NCBI GenBank assembly: GCA_963762565.1
Contig: CAVXLD010000003.1
Location: 224,001-288,000, forward strand
Direction: 5' to 3'
DNA from: an uncultured Verrucomicrobiae bacterium
GTDB taxonomy: Bacteria; Verrucomicrobiota; Verrucomicrobiia; Chthoniobacterales; JAFAMB01
DNA: 64,000 nt
Shown piece after piece: positions 44,923 to 55,196 of the stretch. The position numbers and the translations under genes were made by a program. The stretch's first letter is position 1. Each line of letters opens with the position of its first letter. The notes under the pieces are model-generated. The model had not been told where the DNA came from. It made no database searches and saw only the letters and a list, made by a program, of their open reading frames with translations.

Positions 44923-46833
44923 TTACGCGCCCGCCCGCTGGCGGATAATCTCCCGTATCGCCTCTAACGCCACTGGGTCCTCGAGGGTGCTCAGGTCTCC
45001 GGTCTCCCGGCCTTCGGCGGCGGCCAAGATTGCTCGACGGAGGATTTTGCCTGACCGGGTCTTGGGAAGAGCGCGGATGATATGAATTGCGGCAGGCCGC
45101 GAGAAAGCTCCGAGCTGCGAGACCACGACTGATTCGATTTCTTTCTGTAAACGGGTTTGGCTCTCGGCATCCGCCAAATCCTGTTTGGCTACAACGAAGC
45201 AATGAACCGCTTGGCCCTTTAGCTCGTCGCTTGCCCCCACAGCCGCAGCTTCGGCGACCTGCGGATGTGAGCAAATCGTCTCCTCGATTTCCCGGCTTCC
45301 CAATCGGTGGCCAGCGACGTTTATCACATCGTCGGAACGCCCAAGGATAAAGAAATAACCGTCTTCGTCCTGAATCGCGTAATCGAAAGTCGAGTAAAGG
45401 TGGGCTTCAGAGAATTGGCCGCAATAATGGTTTGCGAATACCTGATCGCTTTTCCAGATCGTTGGCATACATCCTGGGGGCAGGGGGAGGCCTAAGGCGA
45501 GGATGCCTTTTTCATTTGGCGGCAGCGTCTTGCCGGTGACGGGATCGACGATTTTGGCATCGTATCCGGGCATGGCGATACCGGGAGAGCCGGGCTTGAT
45601 GTGTGGGGCTTCGATCTTAGGCAGGAGAGCCAGGACAGGCCAGCCAGTCTCGGTCTGCCAGTAGTTGTCGATGACTGGGATGCCGAGCGCTTCGCTGATC
45701 CAGGACCAACTTGGTTCATCCAGGGGTTCTCCGGCCAGATAAAGGCGTTGCAGACTGCTGGTATCGTATTTCTTTAGCAGCGCCGGATCTTGCCTCTTCA
45801 GGGTCCGGATGGCAGTGGGGGAGGTGAACATGACCGAAGCGCGGAACCGCTCCACGATCTTCCACCAGATCCCGCCGTCCGGTTTGATCGGCAGTCCTTC
45901 GTAAAAGATCGTGGTCATTCCATGGATCAGCGGTCCATAGACGCCATATGAATGTCCAACCGCCCAACCTACATCGGCGGCGGTGAACATGACCTGGCCG
46001 GGTTCACCGGCAAACAGGTATCTCATCGAGGTGGCCAGGGCGACGGCATACCCGCCGGTATCACGCTGTACTCCCTTTGGCTTGGCGGTCGTGCCGGAGG
46101 TATAAAGAAGATAGCTGCTCTCGGTAGAATCCAGCCATTCGACCGGCACAGCCTCTTTCTCGTGCGCTTGGCGAAGGGTTGCGTAATCGACGTCTCGGCC
46201 CTCAGTCCACGAGATCTTCGGGTCTAGTCCTCGGTTACAGACCAGGACGTTTTTCGGCGGGAGCTTAGTCAGAGCGACTGCTTCGTCGGCCAATTGTTTA
46301 AGAGGAACCACTTTACCACCGCGCAACCCAATATCAGCCGTGATCAACACTGCAGCCTCAGCGTCATCAATGCGAGTGGCTAAGCTGGCGGGCGCAAAAC
46401 CGGCGAATACGACCGAATGGATGATGCCGAGCCGGACGCAAGCCAGCATGGAGAACGCCGCCTCGGGAATCATCGGCAAATAGATAACGGCACGATCACC
46501 CCGCTTAAGGCCGAGCGATCGAAGCACGGCGGCAAAAGTATTTACCTCGTCGTAAAGCTCTTGTAATGTGTAGGTTCTCTCCGTTTCTACTTCCGTAGAA
46601 ATAAAATAAAGAGCGGGTTGTGCGGCCCGAGCCGGCAAATGTCGATCCACCGCATTGTAGCAAATATTGGTTTTGCCGCCGACGAACCACCGCGAGAAAG
46701 GCGGTCGGCTAAAATCGCAAACTTGGTCGAATGGACGTTGCCAGTGGATGGCTTTGGCTTGTTCAGTCCAAAAACTGTCGCGATCGGTTAAAGCCTGTGT
46801 GCAGAATTCCTTGGCTCGAAGACTGGCGCTCAT
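44923..46833 (-). CDS. prpE: Propionate--CoA ligase / acetyl-CoA synthetase family
   Basis: 'YTSGTTAKPKGVQRDTGGYAVALA', 'AGEPLD', 'DNYWQTETGW', 'PKTRSGKILRR'. Confidence 0.85.
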   Translation of the reverse strand: MSASLRAKEFCTQALTDRDSFWTEQAKAIHWQRPFDQVCDFSRPPFSRWFVGGKTNICYNAVDRHLPARAAQPALYFISTEVETERTYTLQELYDEVNTFAAVLRSLGLKRGDRAVIYLPMIPEAAFSMLACVRLGIIHSVVFAGFAPASLATRIDDAEAAVLITADIGLRGGKVVPLKQLADEAVALTKLPPKNVLVCNRGLDPKISWTEGRDVDYATLRQAHEKEAVPVEWLDSTESSYLLYTSGTTAKPKGVQRDTGGYAVALATSMRYLFAGEPGQVMFTAADVGWAVGHSYGVYGPLIHGMTTIFYEGLPIKPDGGIWWKIVERFRASVMFTSPTAIRTLKRQDPALLKKYDTSSLQRLYLAGEPLDEPSWSWISEALGIPVIDNYWQTETGWPVLALLPKIEAPHIKPGSPGIAMPGYDAKIVDPVTGKTLPPNEKGILALGLPLPPGCMPTIWKSDQVFANHYCGQFSEAHLYSTFDYAIQDEDGYFFILGRSDDVINVAGHRLGSREIEETICSHPQVAEAAAVGASDELKGQAVHCFVVAKQDLADAESQTRLQKEIESVVVSQLGAFSRPAAIHIIRALPKTRSGKILRRAILAAAEGRETGDLSTLEDPVALEAIREIIRQRAGA

Positions 46834-46978
46834 CTTGGGGGGTGAGCAGAGGATACAGGAGGTAGGAGGTAGAATCTAGGAGCGAATGGGCGTTGACGTT
46901 CGGCGTTCGGCGTTTGGCGTTCGGCATTTCGTGCTCGTGCTCGTGCTCCTCAAGAACCAATGAGTGTCGCATGCCCTA

Positions 46979-47232
46979 CGCCTGGAGGGGAGCCGCTTTT
47001 GTGCGTTCTGAAACCGCGACCGGGAGCGGAGATAACACGCCCGGAGATAAGGGAAACCATCTAGCAGGCGGCTCCCGGGAATAACCCAGCGTAATGTCTT
47101 TACCCAGCGCCTCTGTTCCGAAAGGTCGATACGCGTTCGCGATAGAACTGCAAAACGAGGAGCCGTTCTCGGGAGCCGCTTGCTAGCAAAATCAAGGAGC
47201 TGCCTCGTGATAAAGCGGCTCCCCTCCAGGCG
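46979..47232. repeat. MITE/REP-like element with outer TIR and inner arms
   Basis: cgcctggaggggagccgcttt ... aaagcggctcccctccaggcg; inner ctagcaggcggctccc / gggagccgcttgctag. Confidence 0.75.
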
Positions 47233-47293
47233 CTGGGGGCTTTGCGCGCTGCGTGTTTACAACTTCGAACTTGAAACCTAAAACTTAAAACCT

Positions 47294-49828
47294 CTAGCCA
47301 AACAACGTGGGTTCGGGCTCGGAGATGATGCTTTGGTGAGTCAGGAAGTTGTCGGCGATGACGTAATGGACTTGTTGAATTTCGTCGAACAGACGATTGG
47401 TGAGCCCGACGAGCTCATCGGCTTGCAGTACCCGGCCTGGGCTTTCTTCGGATTCGAGGAAAAACGAATACCAATCGAGGCGCCGGATCTGGCGAACTAA
47501 GTCTTCCAGGAAATTGAGCGCCACGCGGGCCTGCGAAGAATTCTTCGGCAGCGACGCGCTCAAGAGGGCGGTACAGTGTTCAAGCGCATACATCACGGAG
47601 CGCGGCATGGCCGGGTTTTGCCAGAGGAATTCTAGAACCGGCGCTGGCTCGGAGCGTGTCTGGTAGATGCGGCGATAGGAGTCGCGGCAGCCCAGCAATC
47701 GTAAAAAGACAGAAAGCTCGATATCCAAGGCGGGACGGGCTTCGTTTGTCCGGCGGACCGAGGAAGCCACGCTGAAGGCGGCGTTGGCTGTCGTGATTGC
47801 CCGTTCCACGTACATCCCAAGCTCGCAAAAGCGCCAGCCGTCGTCCGCTAACATGGTCTGCTGAGCGGTGGCAAAGAACTGAGGGATATAGGCAAGAACC
47901 GCTTCCGAGATCCGGCGGGTTGTTCTTCGAGCCTCGGCTTCCAGCGCATCCTCTTGCAGGCGCCGCCGTTGAAACTGACCTCGCAATAGCGAAAGGACAG
48001 ACCAGCCTTCCGGACTAATTACTTCGAGTAGGGAGCTGGCGTTGGCTAGTGCGCGCCGGATCATGGTTGTCACCGACCCGGCTTGTTCCGGGTCGAGCAT
48101 TAAGTGGTAGCGTTCCTTAACACTATTGATGCCACGTCGGCCGCGGCGCCCAGAGGTTTCCAGGGGAGGGAGCAGTTGGTTCCAGATCGGACGATAGAGC
48201 TTCCGCTCCGCCAAGGTAAGCTCTTCCATCTCAATCGTCTCGATGTATTGGATCATTTTGGCGATATGCAAAGCGCGCTCGAGATACCGGCCTAACCAAT
48301 AAAACCCCTCCGCAACCCGGCTAGTCACTTGACGGGTCGGCAATATCCAGGGGCGCCGAAAAGCAGGCGCTACCGCCGGCGCCGCTGCATGTGGACTTAA
48401 CACCCAGGTGTCTTTGCTGCCGCCGCCATGTTCCGACTCGGTGCGCCCCTTGGTCGATGACGACAAACGAGTGAGCGCACCCGGAAAGACGTTGAAGGAG
48501 TTACCTTCGCGCATGCCGTAGACGATGTGATCCTGAAGTCGTTCAACTTCTTTCCCTTTAACGAAGCAAAGCGTTCGCGCGGTGTCATCGACGGGCTGCG
48601 CCACATAAAGATGCGGGGCCTTGCGAACCTCATTCTCGATCTCCAGAGGACCTTTCTCGGACTGGTGTAACGCGAGGAACCGCTCACCGGTAAGGGATCT
48701 AATTTGAAACGAGTCGAGGCTCCCCAGGACCATCTCCCTTTGGTCCAGATCTCCCAGCCAATAGGTCGTCAACGTCGGCAAGATGGGCCATTCCCCGAGG
48801 TAGAACCGGATAATGGCGCTAGCGAAATGTAATAGGCTTCGGTCGTCGGCCAGATGGGATCCGACGGCGTTCACGAGAGTAACCGTTCCCTTACGTAGGC
48901 AATGGACCAGACCCGGTACCCCTAGCCGGCTGTCGGTATTGAAAACCAATGGGTCCAGCCAGGGATCAGCAACACGTGAATAGACGACATCGACTCGTTC
49001 CAGGCCCGAAACCGTTTTGAGGAAGAGGCTGCCGTCGAGAACTAACAGGTCTTCGCCCTGTACGAGCGGGATACCCATTCTCCGGGCGAGAAAGCTGTGT
49101 TCGGAGTAGACGGCGCTGGCTACTCCAGGAGTCAGTAAAACAACCGCCGGGTCAGCCAGATTGGACATCGTCCGTAGCCGCATAAGAATTTCGGTCGGTA
49201 ACTGAGCGACCGATTCCACTGGATGATGCTCGAACAGGTCGGGTACGACCCTGGCCAACAGTCGCCGATTCTGGATCATGTAGGAGAGCCCCGAAGCATT
49301 TCCGAAATAATGATTTTTGACCGTTAGCTTTCCTTCCGGGTTTCGGCAGATAGCGAGGCCGCTCAAATGCAGGTACGCACCCTGCGGAGGACGCAGCCCA
49401 ACGGCGCTGCGGTGGAAATGGGGGCTGCCTAGCAATAACGGAATAGGGAGTGCGCCTTCACGGAGGATTTCGCGTTGACCATAGACGTCCAGGAGGAACA
49501 ACTCGAAGGCACGAATCCGTTGTTGGAAGCCTTTCTCAAGCAATTCCCACTCGTCCGGTAGGAAAATGTGCGGGAGCAAATCAGAGAACCAGGTGTTTTG
49601 CTGGTTGGAATTGGATCCCTCGAAGGCGATACCCAATTCGCGCAGGGTCGCGTCTAGACGTTCCTCCAGCTCTTTTAGATCGGCGGCCGAATAGTGACGC
49701 TCAAGGTGTTCAAGCAGTGGCTGGTATTGCTTCCGCGGCCGGCCGCGAGAGTCCAGAATTTCGTGCCATGGTCGAGCTTGGGTTTGCACGGAGACAGCAA
49801 GGGTATGGGAGGAGTTCAAGGAGTTCAA
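47294..49828 (-). CDS. Circularly permuted ATP-grasp type 2 protein fused to an alpha-E domain
   Basis: 'VDVVYSRV.D.WLDPL', 'GGGSKDTWV', then alpha-E 'SRVAEGFYWLGRYLERA' and 'GWRFCELGMYVERA'; start uncertain. Confidence 0.9.
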   Translation of the reverse strand: MNSLNSSHTLAVSVQTQARPWHEILDSRGRPRKQYQPLLEHLERHYSAADLKELEERLDATLRELGIAFEGSNSNQQNTWFSDLLPHIFLPDEWELLEKGFQQRIRAFELFLLDVYGQREILREGALPIPLLLGSPHFHRSAVGLRPPQGAYLHLSGLAICRNPEGKLTVKNHYFGNASGLSYMIQNRRLLARVVPDLFEHHPVESVAQLPTEILMRLRTMSNLADPAVVLLTPGVASAVYSEHSFLARRMGIPLVQGEDLLVLDGSLFLKTVSGLERVDVVYSRVADPWLDPLVFNTDSRLGVPGLVHCLRKGTVTLVNAVGSHLADDRSLLHFASAIIRFYLGEWPILPTLTTYWLGDLDQREMVLGSLDSFQIRSLTGERFLALHQSEKGPLEIENEVRKAPHLYVAQPVDDTARTLCFVKGKEVERLQDHIVYGMREGNSFNVFPGALTRLSSSTKGRTESEHGGGSKDTWVLSPHAAAPAVAPAFRRPWILPTRQVTSRVAEGFYWLGRYLERALHIAKMIQYIETIEMEELTLAERKLYRPIWNQLLPPLETSGRRGRRGINSVKERYHLMLDPEQAGSVTTMIRRALANASSLLEVISPEGWSVLSLLRGQFQRRRLQEDALEAEARRTTRRISEAVLAYIPQFFATAQQTMLADDGWRFCELGMYVERAITTANAAFSVASSVRRTNEARPALDIELSVFLRLLGCRDSYRRIYQTRSEPAPVLEFLWQNPAMPRSVMYALEHCTALLSASLPKNSSQARVALNFLEDLVRQIRRLDWYSFFLESEESPGRVLQADELVGLTNRLFDEIQQVHYVIADNFLTHQSIISEPEPTLFG

Positions 49829-49893
49829 GGAGCGCGTTGGCGTCTCGGCGTAATAGGACGTGGGGTACGGCGTGTGCTGGGCGCTGTGAACGA

Positions 49894-49962
49894 ATAGGAC
49901 CTATGGGACCTATAGGACCTATAGGTTAGCCCATATAAGTCCCATCAGTCCTATAAGTCCCA
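49894..49962. repeat. Inverted 9-mer tandem array (ataggacct / agtcccat)
   Basis: Directly visible in the sequence. Confidence 0.65.
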
Positions 49963-50155
49963 TCCGCTCGCAGCGCCCAGTTCGTACTTTGCACCCACGC
50001 GTTCAAGGCCGACACGGCGTGCACAAGACTTGCCAATTTCCGATTTGCGCGACATTCTTGCTCAACCGTGGATCCTTTAATAGGACCGTTGAACAGACCC
50101 CCTAATTGAAGAGGGCCGCACTGCGTGCGGCCTTTGTTGTCTTCAGATCCCTTTT

Positions 50156-51421
50156 ATGCAGCACATCTATTCTGACCCGACTTTCCAAATGGCATGCGAC
50201 CAATTCAAACTGATCGCCGACTACATCAATATCCCGCCTGCCCTCCGAGATCGGCTCATGTTTCCAAAACGGTCCATCACCGTCGCGGTGCCCGTCCGGA
50301 TGGACGACGGCTCTGTTCGCGTGTTCGAAGGGTATCGGGTGCAACACCATCTCTCGACCGGACCCACAAAAGGGGGGACGCGGTTTTCAACGTCAGTAAA
50401 CATCGGCGAGGTCGCTGCCTTGGCTATGTGGATGAGCTGGAAGTGTGCTTTAGCCGGGCTCCCGTATGGAGGAGCTAAAGGCGGGGTATCTTGCGATCCG
50501 CGGTCATTGAGTGCAGGGGAACTGGAGCGTGTTTCCCGGCGTTATATGCAAGAAATGATTCCCTTTATCGGGCCACGTACCGACATCATGGGGCCGGATA
50601 TGGGGACAAATGAGCAGGTGATGGCTTGGTTTATGGACACCTACTCGTCCCATCAAGGGTATGCGGTTCCAGAGATCGTGACCGGAAAGCCTATGAGTAT
50701 TGGGGGCACGTATGGCCGGCGAGAATCGACGGGGCGTGGGGTCGTTTATTTAATCGAAAGAGCTGCCCACCTCATTAATTTTAAATTGGTCGGCGGGACC
50801 GCGGTGATCCAGGGGTTCGGAAACGTGGGGTCGATTGCAGCCCGGGGCCTGGCATACAAGAATGGGATGAAAGTCATTGCGGTCAGCGATGTTTCTGGCG
50901 CTTACAGAAACGAAGAGGGGATTGATATACGGGCAGCAGAAAAATACGCGACCGAACATGGATCCCTCCAAGGGTTCCCGGAGGTGGAGAGCTTTTCGCC
51001 TGAGGAATTGTTAACCATACCTTGCGATGTCCTGGTACCGGCGGCGGTCAGCGGTGTGATTCACGGCAAGAACGCGGGGCAGATCCAGTGCCGGATTCTG
51101 GCAGAAGCTGCCAATGGCCCTACCACGGTGGAGGCCGACAAGATCTTTTTCGATCGCTGGCAAGAAATCTTCGTCATTCCCGATATCTTATGCAACGCGG
51201 GCGGAGTCATCGTGTCTTACTTTGAATGGGTCCAAAGCTTGCAGAGTTTCTTCTGGAGGGAGACAGAGGTGGTCGACCGGTTGTTTCGGGTATTGGAGCA
51301 ATCCTTTACCTCGGTGATCAAGCGGGCGAAGGAAGAAAAGGTTCCGCATCGGATCGCTGCCATGGCGATCGGAGTAGAGAAAGTGATGCGGGCTCGGACC
51401 GATCGAGGCCTGTTCCCCTGA
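50156..51421 (+). CDS. gdhA: Glu/Leu/Phe/Val dehydrogenase (glutamate dehydrogenase)
   Basis: 'GPTKGGTRF', 'LPYGGAKGG', 'IQGFGNVG', 'EAANGPTT', 'NAGGVIVSYFEWVQ'. Confidence 0.92.
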   Translation: MQHIYSDPTFQMACDQFKLIADYINIPPALRDRLMFPKRSITVAVPVRMDDGSVRVFEGYRVQHHLSTGPTKGGTRFSTSVNIGEVAALAMWMSWKCALAGLPYGGAKGGVSCDPRSLSAGELERVSRRYMQEMIPFIGPRTDIMGPDMGTNEQVMAWFMDTYSSHQGYAVPEIVTGKPMSIGGTYGRRESTGRGVVYLIERAAHLINFKLVGGTAVIQGFGNVGSIAARGLAYKNGMKVIAVSDVSGAYRNEEGIDIRAAEKYATEHGSLQGFPEVESFSPEELLTIPCDVLVPAAVSGVIHGKNAGQIQCRILAEAANGPTTVEADKIFFDRWQEIFVIPDILCNAGGVIVSYFEWVQSLQSFFWRETEVVDRLFRVLEQSFTSVIKRAKEEKVPHRIAAMAIGVEKVMRARTDRGLFP

Positions 51422-51617
51422 CGAGTTGGCGGTTAGCCGTTGGCGGTTTACAGTTGGCCGTTGGCGGTGGTCCACTCCAGCACAGGTCGAGCATCTTGCC
51501 TGGGCGACTTGACGGGAATCAGTTCACCGATAAGACGTTATGGCTGTTCGAGTTTGCCCTTTGTGTCCTGACGGCCGACTGATGAACCGCAAACCGCCAA
51601 CTTCCAACCAATTAGCG

Positions 51618-54600
51618 ATGCAGATCCCAACCACTGAGACAAAGGAAGTCGCCAAACCAGCTAGCTCGGTTTGGTTCAAAGAGGCCATCATTTATCAGCT
51701 TCATATTAAGACCTTTTGCGACGCGAATAACGACGGAATTGGAGATTTTCAGGGACTATTCAGTAAGCTGGATTACCTGAAGAATCTTGGGGTAACGGCC
51801 ATTTGGCTGCTTCCGTTCTATCCGTCTCCCCTGAAGGATGATGGTTACGACATCTCTGACTACTACAACGTCAATCCGTCATACGGGACGTTGGACGATT
51901 TTAGGCAGTTCCTGGAAGCGGCCCATAGCGCTGGGCTCCGGGTAATCACCGAGCTGGTCCTGAATCACACCAGCGATCAGCATATCTGGTTTCAACGGTC
52001 CCGCCGGGCTGTGGCAGGTGACCCTTGGCGAGACTACTACGTTTGGTCGGATGACCCGCAGAAATATAGCGAGGCTCGGATCATCTTTAAGGACACCGAG
52101 TCTAGCAACTGGAGCTTTGATCCCGTGGCCGGCTCTTATTTCTGGCACCGGTTTTATTCGCATCAGCCCGACCTCAATTATGACAATCCAGAGGTCAGAG
52201 CCGCCATGTTCAACGTGGTCGATTTTTGGCTGGATATGGGTGTCGACGGGCTGCGATTAGATGCGGTTCCCTATCTGGTCGAGCGGGAAGGGACGAGCTG
52301 CGAGAACTTACCGGAGACGCACGCCTATCTCCAAGAGGTACGGGATCACATCGATCAGAAGTACCAGGACCGGATGTTGCTGGCGGAAGCGAACCAGTGG
52401 CCGGACGATGCCGTCGCTTATTTTGGAAAAGGGAATGAGTGCCACATGGCGTTCAATTTCCCGATAATGCCCAGGATCTACATGTCTCTGCACATGGAAG
52501 ATCGCTATCCCATTGTCGACATTCTAGACCAGACACCGAGCATTCCGGACAATTGCCAATGGGCAATCTTTCTCCGTAACCACGACGAACTGACTCTGGA
52601 GATGGTTACGGAAGAGGAGCGGGATTATATGTACCGGGTTTACGCTCGGGATTCGCGGGCTCGCTTGAATTTAGGGATTCGTCGCCGGTTAGCCCCGCTA
52701 CTCAACAACAACCGGAAAAAATTGGAATTGATTCATGGGGTGCTCTTTTCCATGCCGGGAAGCCCGATCCTTTATTACGGCGACGAGGTCGGGATGGGGG
52801 ACAATATCTATTTGGGGGACCGGAATGGGGTGCGCACGCCGATGCAATGGAGTGCGGACAAGAACGCAGGCTTTTCCCGAGCGAACCCGCACTCGTTGTA
52901 TCTGCCGGTAAACATTGATCCGGAATTCCACTACGAAGCGATCAACGTAGAAGTTCAGGAAACGAACTTGTCTTCGTTTCTGTGGTGGATGCGCCGGATC
53001 ATCGCGATTCGCAAACGGTTCCCGGCGCTGGGGGCGGGCGATTTTCACATGTTAGCCCCGACTAACAACAAGGTCCTGGCTTTTACCCGCACTTATGAAA
53101 CCCAAACCATGTTGGTGGTCATCAATCTTTCACGCTTTTCCCAAGCGGTGGAACTAGATTTGAAGGATTGGACCGGCTGGACACCAGAGGACGCATTCGG
53201 TCACGGCCGGTTTCCGGTGATCAAGGATGCGCTTTATCCGATCACCTTGGGTCCAAACAGCTTCTTTTGGCTCCTACTGGTGCCGCCGGACGTCGGTAGG
53301 GCCGAGGGTGAATTGGTTTTGCCTACCATCACTTTCGACGGCACACCGTCCTGGTGGCAAAGCAATGCTGGAGCTCGCTTTTTGGAACGCGACCTAACTT
53401 CCTACATGCAGCGATGCCGGTGGTATCGGAGTAAGGCGCGCAGCATTGTCAGCGTCAACCTGATCGACACGATCGACTTTGCGCAGGTCGACCGCACGCA
53501 ACTCTTGGTCATAGCAGTTAACTTTTCTGAAGGAGCGCGCGATCTTTATTGTCTTCCGATCAAGCTGGTATCCGGCGACGAAGCGCGAGCTATCGAGGTG
53601 GAATATCCGGCCGCGGTAATCGCGAGGGTGGGAACTGAGGGTGACCTGTTGACCGATGCGATTGCTTCCGAAAGTTTCCAAGGTGCTTTGCTGAATCTGA
53701 TGGCCGATAACACGATCGTGGCCGGAAAGTCCGGACGCCTAGTTCCGGCCCAGTCAAAAGGGTTGCATGATTTGCTGGCCGAAGGACGCCCTACTTCGTC
53801 CAAAGTGTTGAAAGTGGAGCAGAGCAATAGCTCGATTATTTTTGGAGAAAAGATTTACCTGAAATTATTCAGGAAGCTCGATGAAGGGCTGAATCCCGAC
53901 CTCGAGGTTACGAAACAGCTAAGCGAGCGGTGCGGGTTCGAACATGTGCCGACCTATTTGGGTGATCTTCAGTATTTATCCCGTGGTCAGGATCCGGCGG
54001 CGCTGGTGATGGCTCAAGGGTTTACCAGCAACGAGCAGGACGGCTGGTCCCAAACTCTGGCTGCGGTTGACCGTTATTTTGATCGTATTTTGGCCGAACC
54101 AACTTTGGATGCGCCACCGAATGCAACCTGGTGGGATCCGATTCCGGATCCGTACTTAACTTTGATCGAGGGTGTTCACCTGGAGGCGATGCGTTTGCTG
54201 GGGCAACGGACCGCGGAGATGCATTTGGCGCTCGCTTCCGACCAGGAGTCAGCCGATTTTCGGCCAGAACCTTTTTCTTTGCAGCATCAGCGCTCGGTTT
54301 ATCAATCGATTCGCACTGACACCAAACACGCGCTGGCGCTTTTAACCCGCCTGCTGGGAACATTGGAGGAGTATCCGAGAGCATTGGCCGAGCAGGTTTT
54401 GCACTGGGCAGACGCTTTGACTGGTTCCCACGAATACCTCCTTCAAGATACGATCCAGGCTTCGAAGATTCGTATCCATGGGGATTACCATTTGGGCCAG
54501 GTCCTTTATACGGGAAAGGACTACGTGATTCTGGACTTCGAAGGTGAGCCGGCCCGCGCACTGGGAGAACGCCGGTTGAAACGCTCTGCCCTGATCGATG

Positions 54601-54947
54601 TGGCCGGAATGTTCCGTTCGTTCCATTACGCGGCGCACTACGGACTATTGCAGTCACGCACGGTTCGACCTCAAGATCGGGAAACACTGGGCGCGTTTGC
54701 CGATATATGGGCGACTCGCGCGGGTCAAGTGTTCCTGAATGCGTACCTGGAGACTGCAGGTACGGCAACATTTGTGCCGGCAGATCGAACGGATCTACGG
54801 TTGCTGCTGCGCAGTTATGCGATTTTGAAGGCGATGTACGAATTGCGGTATGAGTTGAATAATCGCCCGAAGTGGACAGCGATCCCGTTGAGAGGCCTTC
54901 TGCAACTTTCAGCGAAGAAAGCGCCGGCGAGTCTCGTGACGGCGTGA
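51618..54947 (+). CDS. treS: Trehalose synthase fused to maltokinase (TreS-Mak)
   Basis: GH13 'GLRLDAVPYL', 'LAEANQW', 'FLRNHDELTLEMV'; kinase 'EQSNSS', 'RIHGDYHLGQVL...ILDFEGEP'. Confidence 0.95.
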   Translation: MQIPTTETKEVAKPASSVWFKEAIIYQLHIKTFCDANNDGIGDFQGLFSKLDYLKNLGVTAIWLLPFYPSPLKDDGYDISDYYNVNPSYGTLDDFRQFLEAAHSAGLRVITELVLNHTSDQHIWFQRSRRAVAGDPWRDYYVWSDDPQKYSEARIIFKDTESSNWSFDPVAGSYFWHRFYSHQPDLNYDNPEVRAAMFNVVDFWLDMGVDGLRLDAVPYLVEREGTSCENLPETHAYLQEVRDHIDQKYQDRMLLAEANQWPDDAVAYFGKGNECHMAFNFPIMPRIYMSLHMEDRYPIVDILDQTPSIPDNCQWAIFLRNHDELTLEMVTEEERDYMYRVYARDSRARLNLGIRRRLAPLLNNNRKKLELIHGVLFSMPGSPILYYGDEVGMGDNIYLGDRNGVRTPMQWSADKNAGFSRANPHSLYLPVNIDPEFHYEAINVEVQETNLSSFLWWMRRIIAIRKRFPALGAGDFHMLAPTNNKVLAFTRTYETQTMLVVINLSRFSQAVELDLKDWTGWTPEDAFGHGRFPVIKDALYPITLGPNSFFWLLLVPPDVGRAEGELVLPTITFDGTPSWWQSNAGARFLERDLTSYMQRCRWYRSKARSIVSVNLIDTIDFAQVDRTQLLVIAVNFSEGARDLYCLPIKLVSGDEARAIEVEYPAAVIARVGTEGDLLTDAIASESFQGALLNLMADNTIVAGKSGRLVPAQSKGLHDLLAEGRPTSSKVLKVEQSNSSIIFGEKIYLKLFRKLDEGLNPDLEVTKQLSERCGFEHVPTYLGDLQYLSRGQDPAALVMAQGFTSNEQDGWSQTLAAVDRYFDRILAEPTLDAPPNATWWDPIPDPYLTLIEGVHLEAMRLLGQRTAEMHLALASDQESADFRPEPFSLQHQRSVYQSIRTDTKHALALLTRLLGTLEEYPRALAEQVLHWADALTGSHEYLLQDTIQASKIRIHGDYHLGQVLYTGKDYVILDFEGEPARALGERRLKRSALIDVAGMFRSFHYAAHYGLLQSRTVRPQDRETLGAFADIWATRAGQVFLNAYLETAGTATFVPADRTDLRLLLRSYAILKAMYELRYELNNRPKWTAIPLRGLLQLSAKKAPASLVTA

Positions 54948-55196
54948 GGGCTATAGGCGTGTGCGCGTGCGGGCAGGCGGCGTCTAAGTGGACAATAAGT
55001 GGACTGAGTGGACGAAGTAGACTTAGTGGAGGCCGGCTTCGCCCGTCGGCGCGTAGCCGCCTCCGGCGGATCACCCTGTGTCCACTCCGTCCACTTTTGT
55101 CCACTAAGTCCATTTATCTGTCAGCGCCACAACTTGCCGAACTAGCGATCCCGGTTTTTCTTTATTGGCGGCATGCAGCGATGCACCGCTCCGCAG

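Noticed and set aside
47077..47101. Seventh ECF motif (GGAATAA)
   Set aside because: Spacing to GTC is wrong and the site lies inside a repeat element
54022..55113. 363-aa antisense ORF (and many other shadow ORFs)
   Set aside because: Overlaps well-supported treS on the opposite strand and has no recognisable motifs
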